NCBI GenBank assembly: GCA_000165425.1
Contig: CT868341.1
Coordinates: forward strand, 62,001-126,000
DNA length: 64,000 bases
Direction: 5' to 3'
DNA from: Paramecium tetraurelia
Lineage: Eukaryota
Positions 52,592 through 64,000 of the stretch are shown in pieces. Position numbers and translations under genes: made by a program. The notes under the pieces were generated by a model, which worked only from the letters and a program-made list of their open reading frames with translations, was not told where the DNA came from and made no database searches. The stretch's first letter is position 1; each line of letters opens with the position of its first letter.

Positions 52592-54954
52592 TCATTTGTT
52601 CTTATACTTCTTCTTCTTATCCTATTTCTTGTAATCCTACATTATCATCGCGACATTCCCCCTTCCATCCACCTACTACTACTACTGTCCTGCCGTTGTA
52701 CTTTTAAAAAATGTTTCAATGGCCTTTTCAGCAGTGATTGGATTCCTCCTATCGTAATCATCCCAAAACTTGTAACACTAGGTGTCATAGAACTCTTGCG
52801 TAGAAATGTCCTCAGTTTTCCAAAATAAGTCAAAAATAGTATCTATGGGTACTAAGAAATTCAAAATGGCTATTGCAAATTGAACCCAAGTTAACGGAAA
52901 TATCGTTTCATTTAAAATTGATTCCCAAATCAGGCAACCGATCTAATTCGTAATATTGTGATACTGCATAAAGCAAGAGAGTGAATTCCCCAAAGAAGTC
53001 GATCATCTCCTCTGCCATCTCACTTCCCGTCGGAGCTGGCTTTGAATCTCTTCGGAGTAATAAGATCTTCTCTACCCAATAGATCATCAGTAACGAGCCC
53101 AAAGAAAGCAGTGGTCCAAGTGGCAGTAGGTAGGCATAGAAGAATGTGAATAATAGGGTCTTTCCCAATTACGCATACTTTTTTGATAAATCAATGATGG
53201 GACCTGCAAAATATCTAATTAATAGATGTTATGTCTTTACTCATTCGCTTCTTATTAGGTTATGTTACATGATTAACCTTAAACCTTAATTTAATACCTC
53301 ATAAACAACTTGTACAAGTAGAATGGGTCAAACAAATTGGTTAACCAAGGCATTATTCCATTGGTAATAAAAATCAACATAACATCCTAATTTAAACCTC
53401 CTTGTTTGATTACAGCAAAATAAGATTTTTCTCCCTCCTTTATAATCACCAAATTAACAATTAATGTTATTATTGCAGTGTTAAGAAACTAAGCAAACCC
53501 TAATTTCTTGGCTGCACTGATATCAAACTCAGTTTTAGTTGCTGGAGCTTCTAACTCAGCAAATTTTCTAATAATAATAGCCAATATGTTATTGATAATT
53601 GAAATTAAAACAGAAGCAATGACTCCTAAAACTGTAATCGCAACAATCTCTGCCTATGATAGATCTTCTCCTTTTCCTGTATCAGTCATTGAAAATTAAC
53701 CATAAGATAATCCGAATAAAATGCCAAAGCAAATTCCTAACAACAATATTGTTGCTAGATTTGTGATCAATTTTCTTTTGTATTACTCTAACAATGTAAC
53801 TCCTAAATTGCCCCATAAAATATCTCCAGGTTCAGGTGCTTTTGACACTACGATTACATTATCTCTAAATCTTCTAATATCTCTTTTACCAATTACTCTC
53901 AAAACTTAAGATAGTATAAGATGCAGTCTAGTTGCTCTAAAGAATTTACAAACTGAATTAGCTTCATCCTCTGTATTATATGAGATGATGGCAACACCAC
54001 TAAATTGTAAAGAAGTTTAAAAGTTTTATTCATACAAATCCAATTGATTTGCTAATTGATCCAGGGTTTGAGTTAAATCAACTTTATTTGGCAAATGAGG
54101 AGGAATAGGTTTATTTAACCTTTCACATTCTAAAATCTTAGTAAAAGTCTTCTCTTGATCCTGCTTCTGTTTTAGAATTCGCAAGTACTCCTAGATCTAA
54201 AATCCCATGCAAATCTTTTGTATTTTGTACTCACGGTTGTTGATTTTACTAAAGAATTATCTAATCTCTTCTTCTTTTGCATCTCTTGGAATATTTTCAA
54301 CAATTATCGAATAATCTGATGCCAATATACTCTTCTCATCAATTTTATTAGCCAAAATATTTATTCGTTTTCTGTATATAAACAAAAGAACTATTAAGAT
54401 TAATGTTGTGACACAGTTTAATACACTTCCTGCTATATCCACATCCTTATTATCTTGATTAGACTTAGCATATTTGCTATAAAAACTATTAGTGCATTCT
54501 AGTATTCCTGACGCATTCAATTTCTCGCATGTATCTCCCAAAGAACTGGCTATTAAATCATAGATTCCACAAATGATACTATGATATTTGATAATAACAT
54601 TACATAAATGTGGAAATCAATATTGAACTAAACATTAAGAAATCGAAATAAAGGGAAACTCCAGGTCCATTAAAGCTGAAATCTAAAATAGAGGCTGTCA
54701 ATGGTAATTAAGTAAGAATAACAGGTTATCCACAACAAGGACATAAATTATTCTTATTTAATTCAACTTTAGCATCTGCTATTGCAAATTCTGTGGCCGA
54801 CTAAATTCATCAAATCAGATACTTGGTGTTTAAGACATATTTCCAATATTGGGGGTCTTCGAAACTCATCATAGTCTTCGATTGCAACCTCATTTGGCTA
54901 ACTAGATGCTTTAAGCTAATTTGTCTCTTGGTCAAGTGGAATAACTGTTGTCAT
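52592..54954 (-). CDS. OSCA/TMEM63 (CSC1)-like multi-pass ion channel
   Basis: GPGVSLYFDFL, ASDYSIIVENIP, APEPGDILWGNLG, multiple TM helices, YWVEKILLLRR and DYDRRNPIT. Confidence 0.75.
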
Positions 54955-56426
54955 TTAGTAATTTTAGTTAATTTATATATTATATGATTTGGAAGTTTCA
55001 TCATGATATTCCAGAAAAATTTAATTTTATATGTCGAATTAATATTTCTCAGTAAATTACTGCAACAACTTTGATATTATATCAAAAATATCATTCAAAG
55101 TCTAAAAAAACATCACTTTCCTCATTAAAATTCCACTTTTCCAGATTCCATTATTCCTCATAATATCCCTCATAATGTTTTATCATTCTATTCTATTTTA
55201 TTCTACTTTAGCGCGAATAAAATTATTGCTATGAATTTCTTCCGTAACTATTTCTATTTGATAATAAATTGCTTATCCAAACAGTCTTATTATCAATTTT
55301 ATTAGATTTAATATATCTTAATTGTAATTTCAATTAAAGAGATCAAATTTAATATGTTCTACCAATTAAAATTGAATTAGCTTAATCTAATTACATCATA
55401 CTGTTAAATTCAAATAGTAAGTAATCTAATTATTGAATTCTCTTTTATTCAAAACTTATTTTTACTCGCTTTTTTATCCTATAATTAACAGTATTATATT
55501 ATTTTTATTAGATATTTAGATGATTATTGTCATAATATACATTAATTGACTTCTAATTTGAATTTATCCTCTTTTGAAAAGCTACTAATTTGAATTACTA
55601 TCATATATTATCTTCTGATTTGTATACACACACATAAATCTCTTTCTTTTTGAATATAATAGAATAAACCCACTTTATGATATGAAAATTTCAAATCATT
55701 TATTTCTCATAATTTTTTTATTAAGCGTACCTCTACATATGCAAAAATAAAAGTATGCTAATTAATATTAATCCTAAAAAATGTTTATCTGTTTTTCAAT
55801 TAGAAATTATATCCACTCAGATTATTTATATCTTCATAATTACTACTAATACTATTTTTATATGTTGTTTCTTTTTTCTATAAATCTGAAGATCTTCATC
55901 AAGAAAACATAAAGATTACAACCTTTTTCTACTTTTTCAATATAATCCCCAAAGTCTCCTAAAATTGAAGGCACTCCTTATTAAAATATATATAATGTTT
56001 CAATCTATTATGATAATTATCATAATATTATGCTCATCTCTCATATGCAAAATTCAAAAACTAATAAGCCCAAAAATACAAAGCTAAGTTCTTATTCATA
56101 CCAAGCAAAAGGCTATTAGATAAGAAATAAACTAATCCAAAATTTAGTCACTTTAAACTCGTAATCATATAATCTTCATCAAATTACATATTTTATATTT
56201 AATATATTGTAGTAGAAGAACTTAATTAAATATAATAAAAAATAATTATAAAATAGGAATTCTAGTTGATCTTCAAGCTTTCGATTCTTTGCTAAATAGG
56301 AATAATCTTACTCTTGAAACTCGGCTATAAAATGATTAACTTTTATCTAAGTTTAATACTTTATTTTGTTATTAAAATTGAAAATGAATAATTAAATTTA
56401 TGTATTTGGATTATAATATATTTTTA

Positions 56427-57411
56427 TCATAATCCTAGTGGATCAGCCTAGCCTTAAACCAGTCTGCATTTAAATCTCCAAATATCCAAGTAATTGACAT
56501 GTCCAAACTTTTTTGAAGCATAAGCAATAATGTCATTGGCCAAATTTTCGTGAAAAGTACCCTTGATATCATGATATTGGCAATTTGAAGAAGCAAAATG
56601 GCAACATATAGACTTTCTGAAATTTGTTGTCTAAAATTTATTTTATAAAATTTACTCTATTTTCTCCTGAACCATGAAAGAGATATGGATGGAAGAAAAC
56701 TATATCTCCTGCCTTCATTTCTAAATGAATTTTTGGAGCACTCTCTGGAGGCATATCTTTAACACCCCAATAAGCCTTGTTCACTCCTTCCTTCCAATCA
56801 GGATAACAATGTTCAACTGGTCCAACTAAGGATACAGGTGGATATTTACCTTTATGAGTGCCAGGATATATGACTAAACATCCATTTTCCCTATTGGTAT
56901 CTTCAAGAGCAGCCCAGCCAGCAACTATTCTATGTGCTGGTCCAAATGGAAAGTAAACTTAGTCCTGATGAATTGGGTGTCTTGATGTTTTTCCCATGTT
57001 GGGTGGTTTGTTGATGAACATTGTGTGAACAGATTTAATATCAGGTCCGCAGATGCTTTTAAGATATTAAATAACTTTAGGGTTTTAACAAAATTTGAAT
57101 AATACTTCATCTTCTTACCAGTCCTGTATTTTTGTTATTGCTTCCTCTCCCAATTGTTTTCCTCCTCCTCTTTTCACCAGAGAAATGTCCCTTACAACTT
57201 ACATTCCGTATTTGCGTTCTAATTGTCCATCAGCATATTCCCTAAATCTTAAAGTCCACTCTTTTATTTCTTCAGGAGTAAAGATCTATCTAACCACTAT
57301 GTACCCGTTTTCTTCATAAAACTATCTTTCTTCTTTAGTTAAAATGCCTCCGTCGATTGTATATTAGAAGGTAGGCATTTATTTTTAGAGTAACTCAAGC
57401 CTTTGACTCAT
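56427..57411 (-). CDS. PHYH: Phytanoyl-CoA dioxygenase (PhyH)
   Basis: [32 protein letters not shown] and ENGCL; N-terminal PTS2-like RLELLQKQM. Confidence 0.92.
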
Positions 57412-58962
57412 TTTTATAATGAATCATTTTCTAATTATAATGATTTCATAATGCAGTGCAATTGATGCGTCATTTTTTAAAATCGTGCTTCATACCCAAA
57501 ATTCAAATTTGATTATCATTCATTTATATTAGTTGATAAACAAGAAATTATCAAAACTTTTTATTACAGTTTCTCTATTCAAATGCCAAATTAAAATGGT
57601 TTTTAATTAAATGGTTGAGAAGAACTTATTTAATATTTCAAAAATTATTTAATAAAAATTCTAAACAAATTAATAGCAACACACACATTTAAATTGAATT
57701 CCATTTAATTTTTGATTTAAATACTTAATTTTTATATGAACTTCCCAATTTTCATAAATAACTTGAATTTATTACAATAAATTGATAGAAATTAAGTTAA
57801 TTTGCTTACTAAGAAATCAGATAAATAGTATTTTTAACTAAGAATGAATATATTTTGTTACCTTTATATAAAATAAGTAGGTTTAAAGCATTTTTAAATA
57901 TTAAAGGAATAATTTATTTTGTTTCATTAATAGCTTTACCATGATAATCACATAATAAATTGTTTATGATAATAATATCATAAATTACATATTATAATCA
58001 TAGAGATAGAAGATATTTATGCACTTTAATCAACATAAATAAGATATTTTTTAGATATTTCTGTAGAATTATCATGATAATTTAAAGAAAGAGTAGATAT
58101 CATATCTGTTTATTATTGATATAAATAAAACATATACACAATATTAGTGTTTGTTTTACTTTAATAATTTACTTTTTTATATAAGAGATATTGTGTTTTA
58201 TTTGACATAATTATGAATTATAAGATCAAAAATTATATTAAGCATACTTAGTATTTTTTATTTTATACTCATTTAAAAGCTTTGGTAAAGATATTTATAA
58301 AGGCGAAGAAATAAATTAAACACAATAAGAATCGTAATTATTTTCAATATAATAAGTGAGGAAGAATAATTTTATGATAGAATCCCTACAATTTGTTTCA
58401 TAATATAAATTAATTAAGCGTTTGATATTCCATGAAAAGATACTTGCATTCCTCATTTTGTTCTAAAAAGAAACAAATTTAATTTAGTTATAATTAATTA
58501 GTAGTGTGAGAAAATAATTATTTAAATTGTTGATTGAGATGAAACCTGAGTCTTTTGAGGTACTTTGACTACTAGAATATGTTCAATATGTATGTAATAA
58601 ATTATTAAATTCTAAACTTCAAATAGTCATTTATTCCTTTGGGATTTAAGTTTTCTAGTATTTTCTTAATTCTTTCTCATTTCTTAATTATTCTACTTAT
58701 AATCAAATGATTTAAATACTCTTTGGGTGGAATCTTAATTTTGTTGACTTTTGGCTTGAAATAAATCTTTTTGTGCATTTGGAGATGTATGAGAAGAATA
58801 GGATGGTAACTTATAACATTTCTTTTCAGGTCCTAACTTCTAAATAGTTCCATCTTCTAAATTAATTGAATAGAATCCTTTTTCAACCATAAAAGTTTTC
58901 TTAGGGAGTGTTGCTTTTATAAATTGAGACATTTTTTGCTTATTTTATTATTATTAATCGAA

Positions 58963-60432
58963 ATGAACCTACAGCAGTAATCTAAAACCAAAGTGTTTAA
59001 CAACTAGTATTCCATCATCAAAAAGCTATCATCTGGTTCATTTGGAGTGGTGTTTCTTGGTTAGGACATAATCTCCAAACAGGAAGTGGCTATAAAGGTC
59101 GAAAAGGAAGAGAATGAAGAAGTTAAATCTTTGGAAAGAGAAGTGCAGATTTTGAAGATACTAGATGGACTGGAGGGATTTCCTAAATTTTATTGGTCAG
59201 GGGAAGATCTCGGGTACAACATCCTAGTTATTTAATTGTTGGGCAAAGATTTGGCTTTCCATTTCAAATAACTCAAGAAATTCAACTTGAAATCCGTCCT
59301 AACCATTGGAATACAGGCTGTAAGTCTATTAGAGAGAGCTCATTTAAATGGAGTAATACATAGAGATTTAAAACCTGAGAATATGATATTGGGATTGGGG
59401 AATGAAATTTCCAAGTTACACCTGATTGATTTTGGGATCAGCAAAGTCTATAGAGATGCAAATGGAAAACATATGTAATTGATCCAATAATACCTAGCCC
59501 TTTTAAGGAGTAAAAGTCTTTTTTAGGAACTACTCGATATGCATCAATACAGGCTCATTTGGGTCATGAATTAGGAAGAAAAGATGATTTGGAGTCCTTG
59601 ATGTACATTTTACTTTACTTTTTGCGTGGGTAAATGTAAATTTATAAATAAGATAGTTACCTTGGTAGAACATGGGTAATGTGACAGATGAGGAAAGAAC
59701 TAAAAAGGTAGGGGAATTAAAGCTATCACTTGAAGATGAATTGTTCAGAGATTAAATTCCAGAGTTTTAGAAGATTTATAAGTAAATTGTCCATTTATTT
59801 AAATTAGTGCAATTAGAAGATTGCAATTTAAATAAGAACCCAATTATAAGATGATTATACAAGAACTCAGAAAGGCAGCAGAATCTTCAAATATTGTTCT
59901 TGATGGAAATTATGAATGGTCGGAAATAAGATAGTCCACTCATTTTTAAACAGATACAAATTAGAATTTAAGTAAATAGAATATTTAGTTCAACAATTCA
60001 AATGAAATGAAAAAATCTATTGAAAAATAACTATCAGGGGCTATTTAACATGGGTAAGAGTATTAATTAATCTTGAGCTCTTAAAACTTTTTGGCTCCCC
60101 CTCCATTGTCTTCTAGACATAATTCTATTTAAAGGGATGATGCTAGAAAGAATAGTAATTTAACTTAGCAGAGCAGCATAGGAAATTACTGTCAATCATT
60201 GAATCCAAATTACTAGTTATCCATTTGTGATGATAAGAGTGGAAGCAAACAAGATTTTTTCTAAAATAAATAGTTAAGTTTTGATGATGAAAAGATTTCA
60301 AATTTTGACAGCTGTGAAATTATAGAGAATGGAGACCTGTAGCAACCTTTAGTATAAAAGTATGAAAAATTGAGAAAAGGAATTAAAATGTAATATTAAT
60401 ATAATGTCTTAGTAATCTCATATAAAGTTTGA
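58963..60432 (+). CDS. Casein kinase 1 family protein kinase
   Basis: [46 protein letters not shown] and LPWQ; Ser/Gln-rich tail. Confidence 0.95.
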
Positions 60433-60533
60433 AAAAGCAAATGAAATGAAAATAGAATTCATGTGATGAAATATCTTTTTATAAATCTTCCTTTCAATAA
60501 TTATTTATTTATAGAAATTAATCTTGAAAGAGA

Positions 60534-62498
60534 ATGTAAATTAAAGAGCCAAATGATATCTAAGACAACGTCGATTAATAACATTTAATTGCTGAGTAAG
60601 ATTAGAGCGGTATATTCATTGAACCTAATCATTAAATTAATATCCTCGCTAGAAATACTGTAGACAAGTTATAAGCTAATATTTAAAGTTCTATCTCTAA
60701 GATTAATCAGTTATTAATGAAAGCCTAAGATATAATTATGAACAATTCTTAAAATTAAGATTTATGTTAAAAAGCTGTCTAATTAGTTTAGGTTGCATCG
60801 ATTGGGTTGATGCAAATTATAAATATCAATGAATTACTTGAAAACAAAGCATTGGCTGTTGAACAAAATGTTAGCAGCTTAAATATCACGTGTACAAGAA
60901 ATTAGTTGAATGAATACACTACAAACTTAGTTCTTGATTACATGAATCACATAATCTTAGAAAATATTCTAAAGCTAATGGATAACTTTCTGGAATTAGA
61001 GAAGGAACAGAAACGAAATCTTGCTATATATTTAGCTAAATTGTAGTCTTGTATTGAAATTCTACCAGGAGCTACCAGAGTATAACATAATGATTTATTT
61101 GCCATACCTCCAGATCATTAAGAATGGCAATTAATTAATCCTTTTATCGAAAAAAAACAATTGGCTAGTGATGAATAAATTAAGAAATCTTATGATTAAG
61201 TTTCTTTTGGAATTCTACTTGGAAATGCAATGATCTCAAAAGGATCCGAATATAATGGGGAATTAATGAAGACTTTTATGGAGGGATTTGGAGTACTATA
61301 TTATGGGTTAAACAAGAAAAAGATGAAAAGTAGAGCAGACCATTTTCTTGTAGAAGCCAAAAAAGAAGATGCTTTTAAAGCTTGGAATCTACCTGAAACT
61401 GGTATCATAAAGAAATTTCTACCAGCTATTTTCCCATCTATTTCTTTTAATAAGAAGATTTACATTCCTAAATTCTTCAGAAAGATTAACAAGGAATATA
61501 TCTTAGAATAATACAAATAAGGAACAATCAATAAAATAAACAATGATTGTGGTATATTTTATCCAGACCAAATGATATCCATAGACGACTTATAGAAAGA
61601 TGATATAAACTAAGAGAGAGTGCAAGTAAGGATTCTCTGCCATGAAGATTTGAAATTTAAAGGGGTAGATGGATTTATGTCCTTGTTTAAAAGTACCAAA
61701 AATAAGGACCTTAATTTTGATAAGATTGTGATCCATATACGTAATTCATAATTAAATACATAGATGGAGGAGGATTTGTTGCTATGTCATCGAGGTCACA
61801 TCAGACTTATACTAGAAAATGGGCAAATAACATGAAAGTTCCGATCTTTTCTATTGATTATAAAATGGCACCAGATCATCCATATCCTGAAGGATTAGAC
61901 GATTGTTGGTAAGCCTATATGTTTATTATCACCTTCATCTAGAAGTTTTTCAATATTATTCCATCCAAAGTAGTGTTGGTTGGAGATAGTGCAGGAGGTA
62001 ATTTAGTTGCTGCTTTGACAATCTAAGCAATAAAGGCAGGAGTCAGAGTTCCTGATGGTATTTTGTTGGCTTATCCTGCTCTTTCATTAAATATGAAGTC
62101 ATTCACACCAAGTTTTTTAGTGTCACTTGATGATTTTTGTAAGAGAAATTCTTAAGATTTTAGTATTGCATCACACAGTCTTAAAATTATGTTTAAACTC
62201 ATATGTATAGAAGGAATTTGATTCATAAGTTGATCCAATGCTCTCCCCTTCTATGGCTAGCGATGAAATTTTAAGATAATTTCCTAAAACTCGGATCGCT
62301 GTTGGTACTTATGACCCACTTCATGATGAAAGCTTTAGGTTATTATAAAAGTTGGTTTAATTGAAAAAGGATGTGAAATTGATTGAATACTAATCTATGC
62401 CTCATGGTTTTTTATCTTTTGATATAATTAATGGAATGAAAGAAGCTAAATAAACTGTTATTGATGCTTAAAATTACCTTTTAGAAATGCTAAATTGA
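60534..62498 (+). CDS. Hormone-sensitive-lipase-like alpha/beta hydrolase
   Basis: HGGGFVAMSSRSH, SIDYKMAPDHPYP, GDSAGGNL nucleophile motif, DPLHDE and HGF. Confidence 0.9.
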
Positions 62499-62525
62499 AA
62501 TATTTTATTATAAATAATTATTATT

Positions 62526-63213
62526 ATGAGTGCTAAAAACTTTAGATTAATACACAATAAAACATTACCATCATTCTAATACTAAAATGAGCCTCTGTAA
62601 GTGAATGACAAATATCAAGTGTATATGTCTGTTTAGCCTAATGCTGTCGAATAATTGATCGTAAAAGATTAAGCAAAACCTAAAACCTCTATTTTAGATA
62701 AATTTGTTGATACAGACAAAAACAGAAGCAGAACATCCCATAATCCAGGATTACTTCAATAAAACTCTTTGAAAAATGAGAAGCCTAATTAAACTGTCTA
62801 ATTTGCTGATGATGTTTAGACTCGTCAATAACATATTCAGAATTAGAATTAAACCAACATCAATCATAATAATAAGAAAACTGTTACATTAAAAAATCTC
62901 CAATCAACATTACTATTTGATGAGAGAACGAATTCAGTACCTAAAGCGGCTATATAAAATCACATTATTGATGACATAGTAAAGAACGGAGATATCATTC
63001 TAAAGCAAAAGGGATTATTGAATTAGGTTTAAAACTTAAAAAGATTAAAGTTGCTTAAATAGTATGAGTTTAATCAGTAAGAATCATAATCATTTTAGCT
63101 ATTGCTTGCCTGGTATTGGAAAATCCCCTTATGTCTTCAATGATGCCCATTCAAAAAGCACCAATCCAGGTTACTCTAGAAACAAAGAAGGAGGAAAGTT
63201 TTTCACAAGATGA
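62526..63213 (+). CDS. Protein with CFAP276/C1orf194-like C-terminal motif
   Basis: Ends AHSKSTNPGYSRNKEGGKFFTR-TGA, which resembles the TNxGYSR..GGFF terminus of CFAP276 recalled from memory. Confidence 0.55.
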
Positions 63214-63599
63214 TTAATATCAAAATACGAAATAATATCTGCTCTTTTAAAGCTTTATATATATCCGTATTTATTACTTTATTTAATTGTCTTCATTTTC
63301 TTGTATTAACCTTCAATATTTATATGATTTAAGATTAAGTAAAATTATATGATTATAATATTGTTATGTTTAAAAAGAAATCCTATTAATTATATAAGAT
63401 ATAGTTCTTTTTAAGATCAGATCATGTTTCATCAAAAAAATAATAAATAGATATTAAAAGTATAATCAATTAAAATATTTCAAGTATTTATTTTTTTATA
63501 GTTCTCATGGAAAATAAGGAAGACAATATTATGGCTTTAGCAAAAAGAAATTTTGAGGAAGAAGATATGAGAAAATTGATTGTAAGCATTGAAAAATTC

Positions 63600-64000
63600 A
63601 ATTATTATACTGATATTTAAGTTAGTGTAAAAATAAGCTTGTGAGACAAGTTTAAAATTCTAATGAAAGTATAACAGAAATTTCTTGAATATTTAACAAT
63701 GAATTATTATATATATGAATGCTTATTTTTGTTGAATGTTTATTGAAAAATCAAAATTACGGATACTACATTCATTTTTATTTATTTCTATATGAAATCT
63801 TGAATATATTTATTTTATTGTCATCTCCTGCTTCAGTTTTAATTGGATAAGATATATCGTAATTTTTTTCTAATTTTGTTGTGCTCTTTGTACTGCTATT
63901 TAGTGTGCTTCTATGGGAATTCTATGTAAATTGATTAAATTGGTCTTGGTTAGAATCTTCTATTCTAAGTCTATGGGTTCTGGGTTCATAGATATTTATT
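63600..64000 (-). CDS. 3' part of a hypothetical gene running in from beyond the window
   Basis: Open code-6 minus frame INIYEPRTHRLRIEDSNQDQ... at the window edge; end uncertain. Confidence 0.3.

Noticed and set aside
50932..53909. Several plus-strand ORFs in the track
   Set aside because: They are antisense to the K+ channel and OSCA-like genes.

Overview
AT-rich, gene-dense eukaryotic DNA, not prokaryotic. Conserved genes read through only if TAA/TAG encode Gln and TGA is the sole stop (ciliate code 6). They are split by tiny 20-31 nt GT..AG introns and separated by very short spacers, which is the signature of a Paramecium macronuclear chromosome; the species cannot be fixed from sequence alone. 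The supplied ORF track uses the wrong code, so it only shows fragments; all calls below come from manual re-translation, and boundaries may be off by a few bases. About 30 genes are supported: a trichocyst-matrix-like precursor, an arrestin-domain protein, an acylated tandem pseudokinase/Kelch protein, LITAF, SHIPPO, FAM166-like and CFAP276-like ciliary proteins, Arp2, cohesin Scc3/STAG, a MORN protein, a possible Nup107, PP2C, ALKBH8, two Rabs, a P2C Na+/K+-type ATPase, two cNBD K+ channels, phytochelatin synthase, an OSCA/TMEM63-like channel, PhyH, CK1 and an HSL-like lipase. No RNA genes, transposons, telomere repeats or CRISPR were seen. The most notable observations are: the ATPase's three +1 frameshifts and greatly enlarged M7-M8 loop; a 14-kb ion-transport/metal-detox gene run; the double-pseudokinase/Kelch protein; and two orphan genes flanking Arp2 that share PSLFLN and RVxF-like motifs. 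I cannot claim a clearly new biological system; the findings are hypotheses to test.
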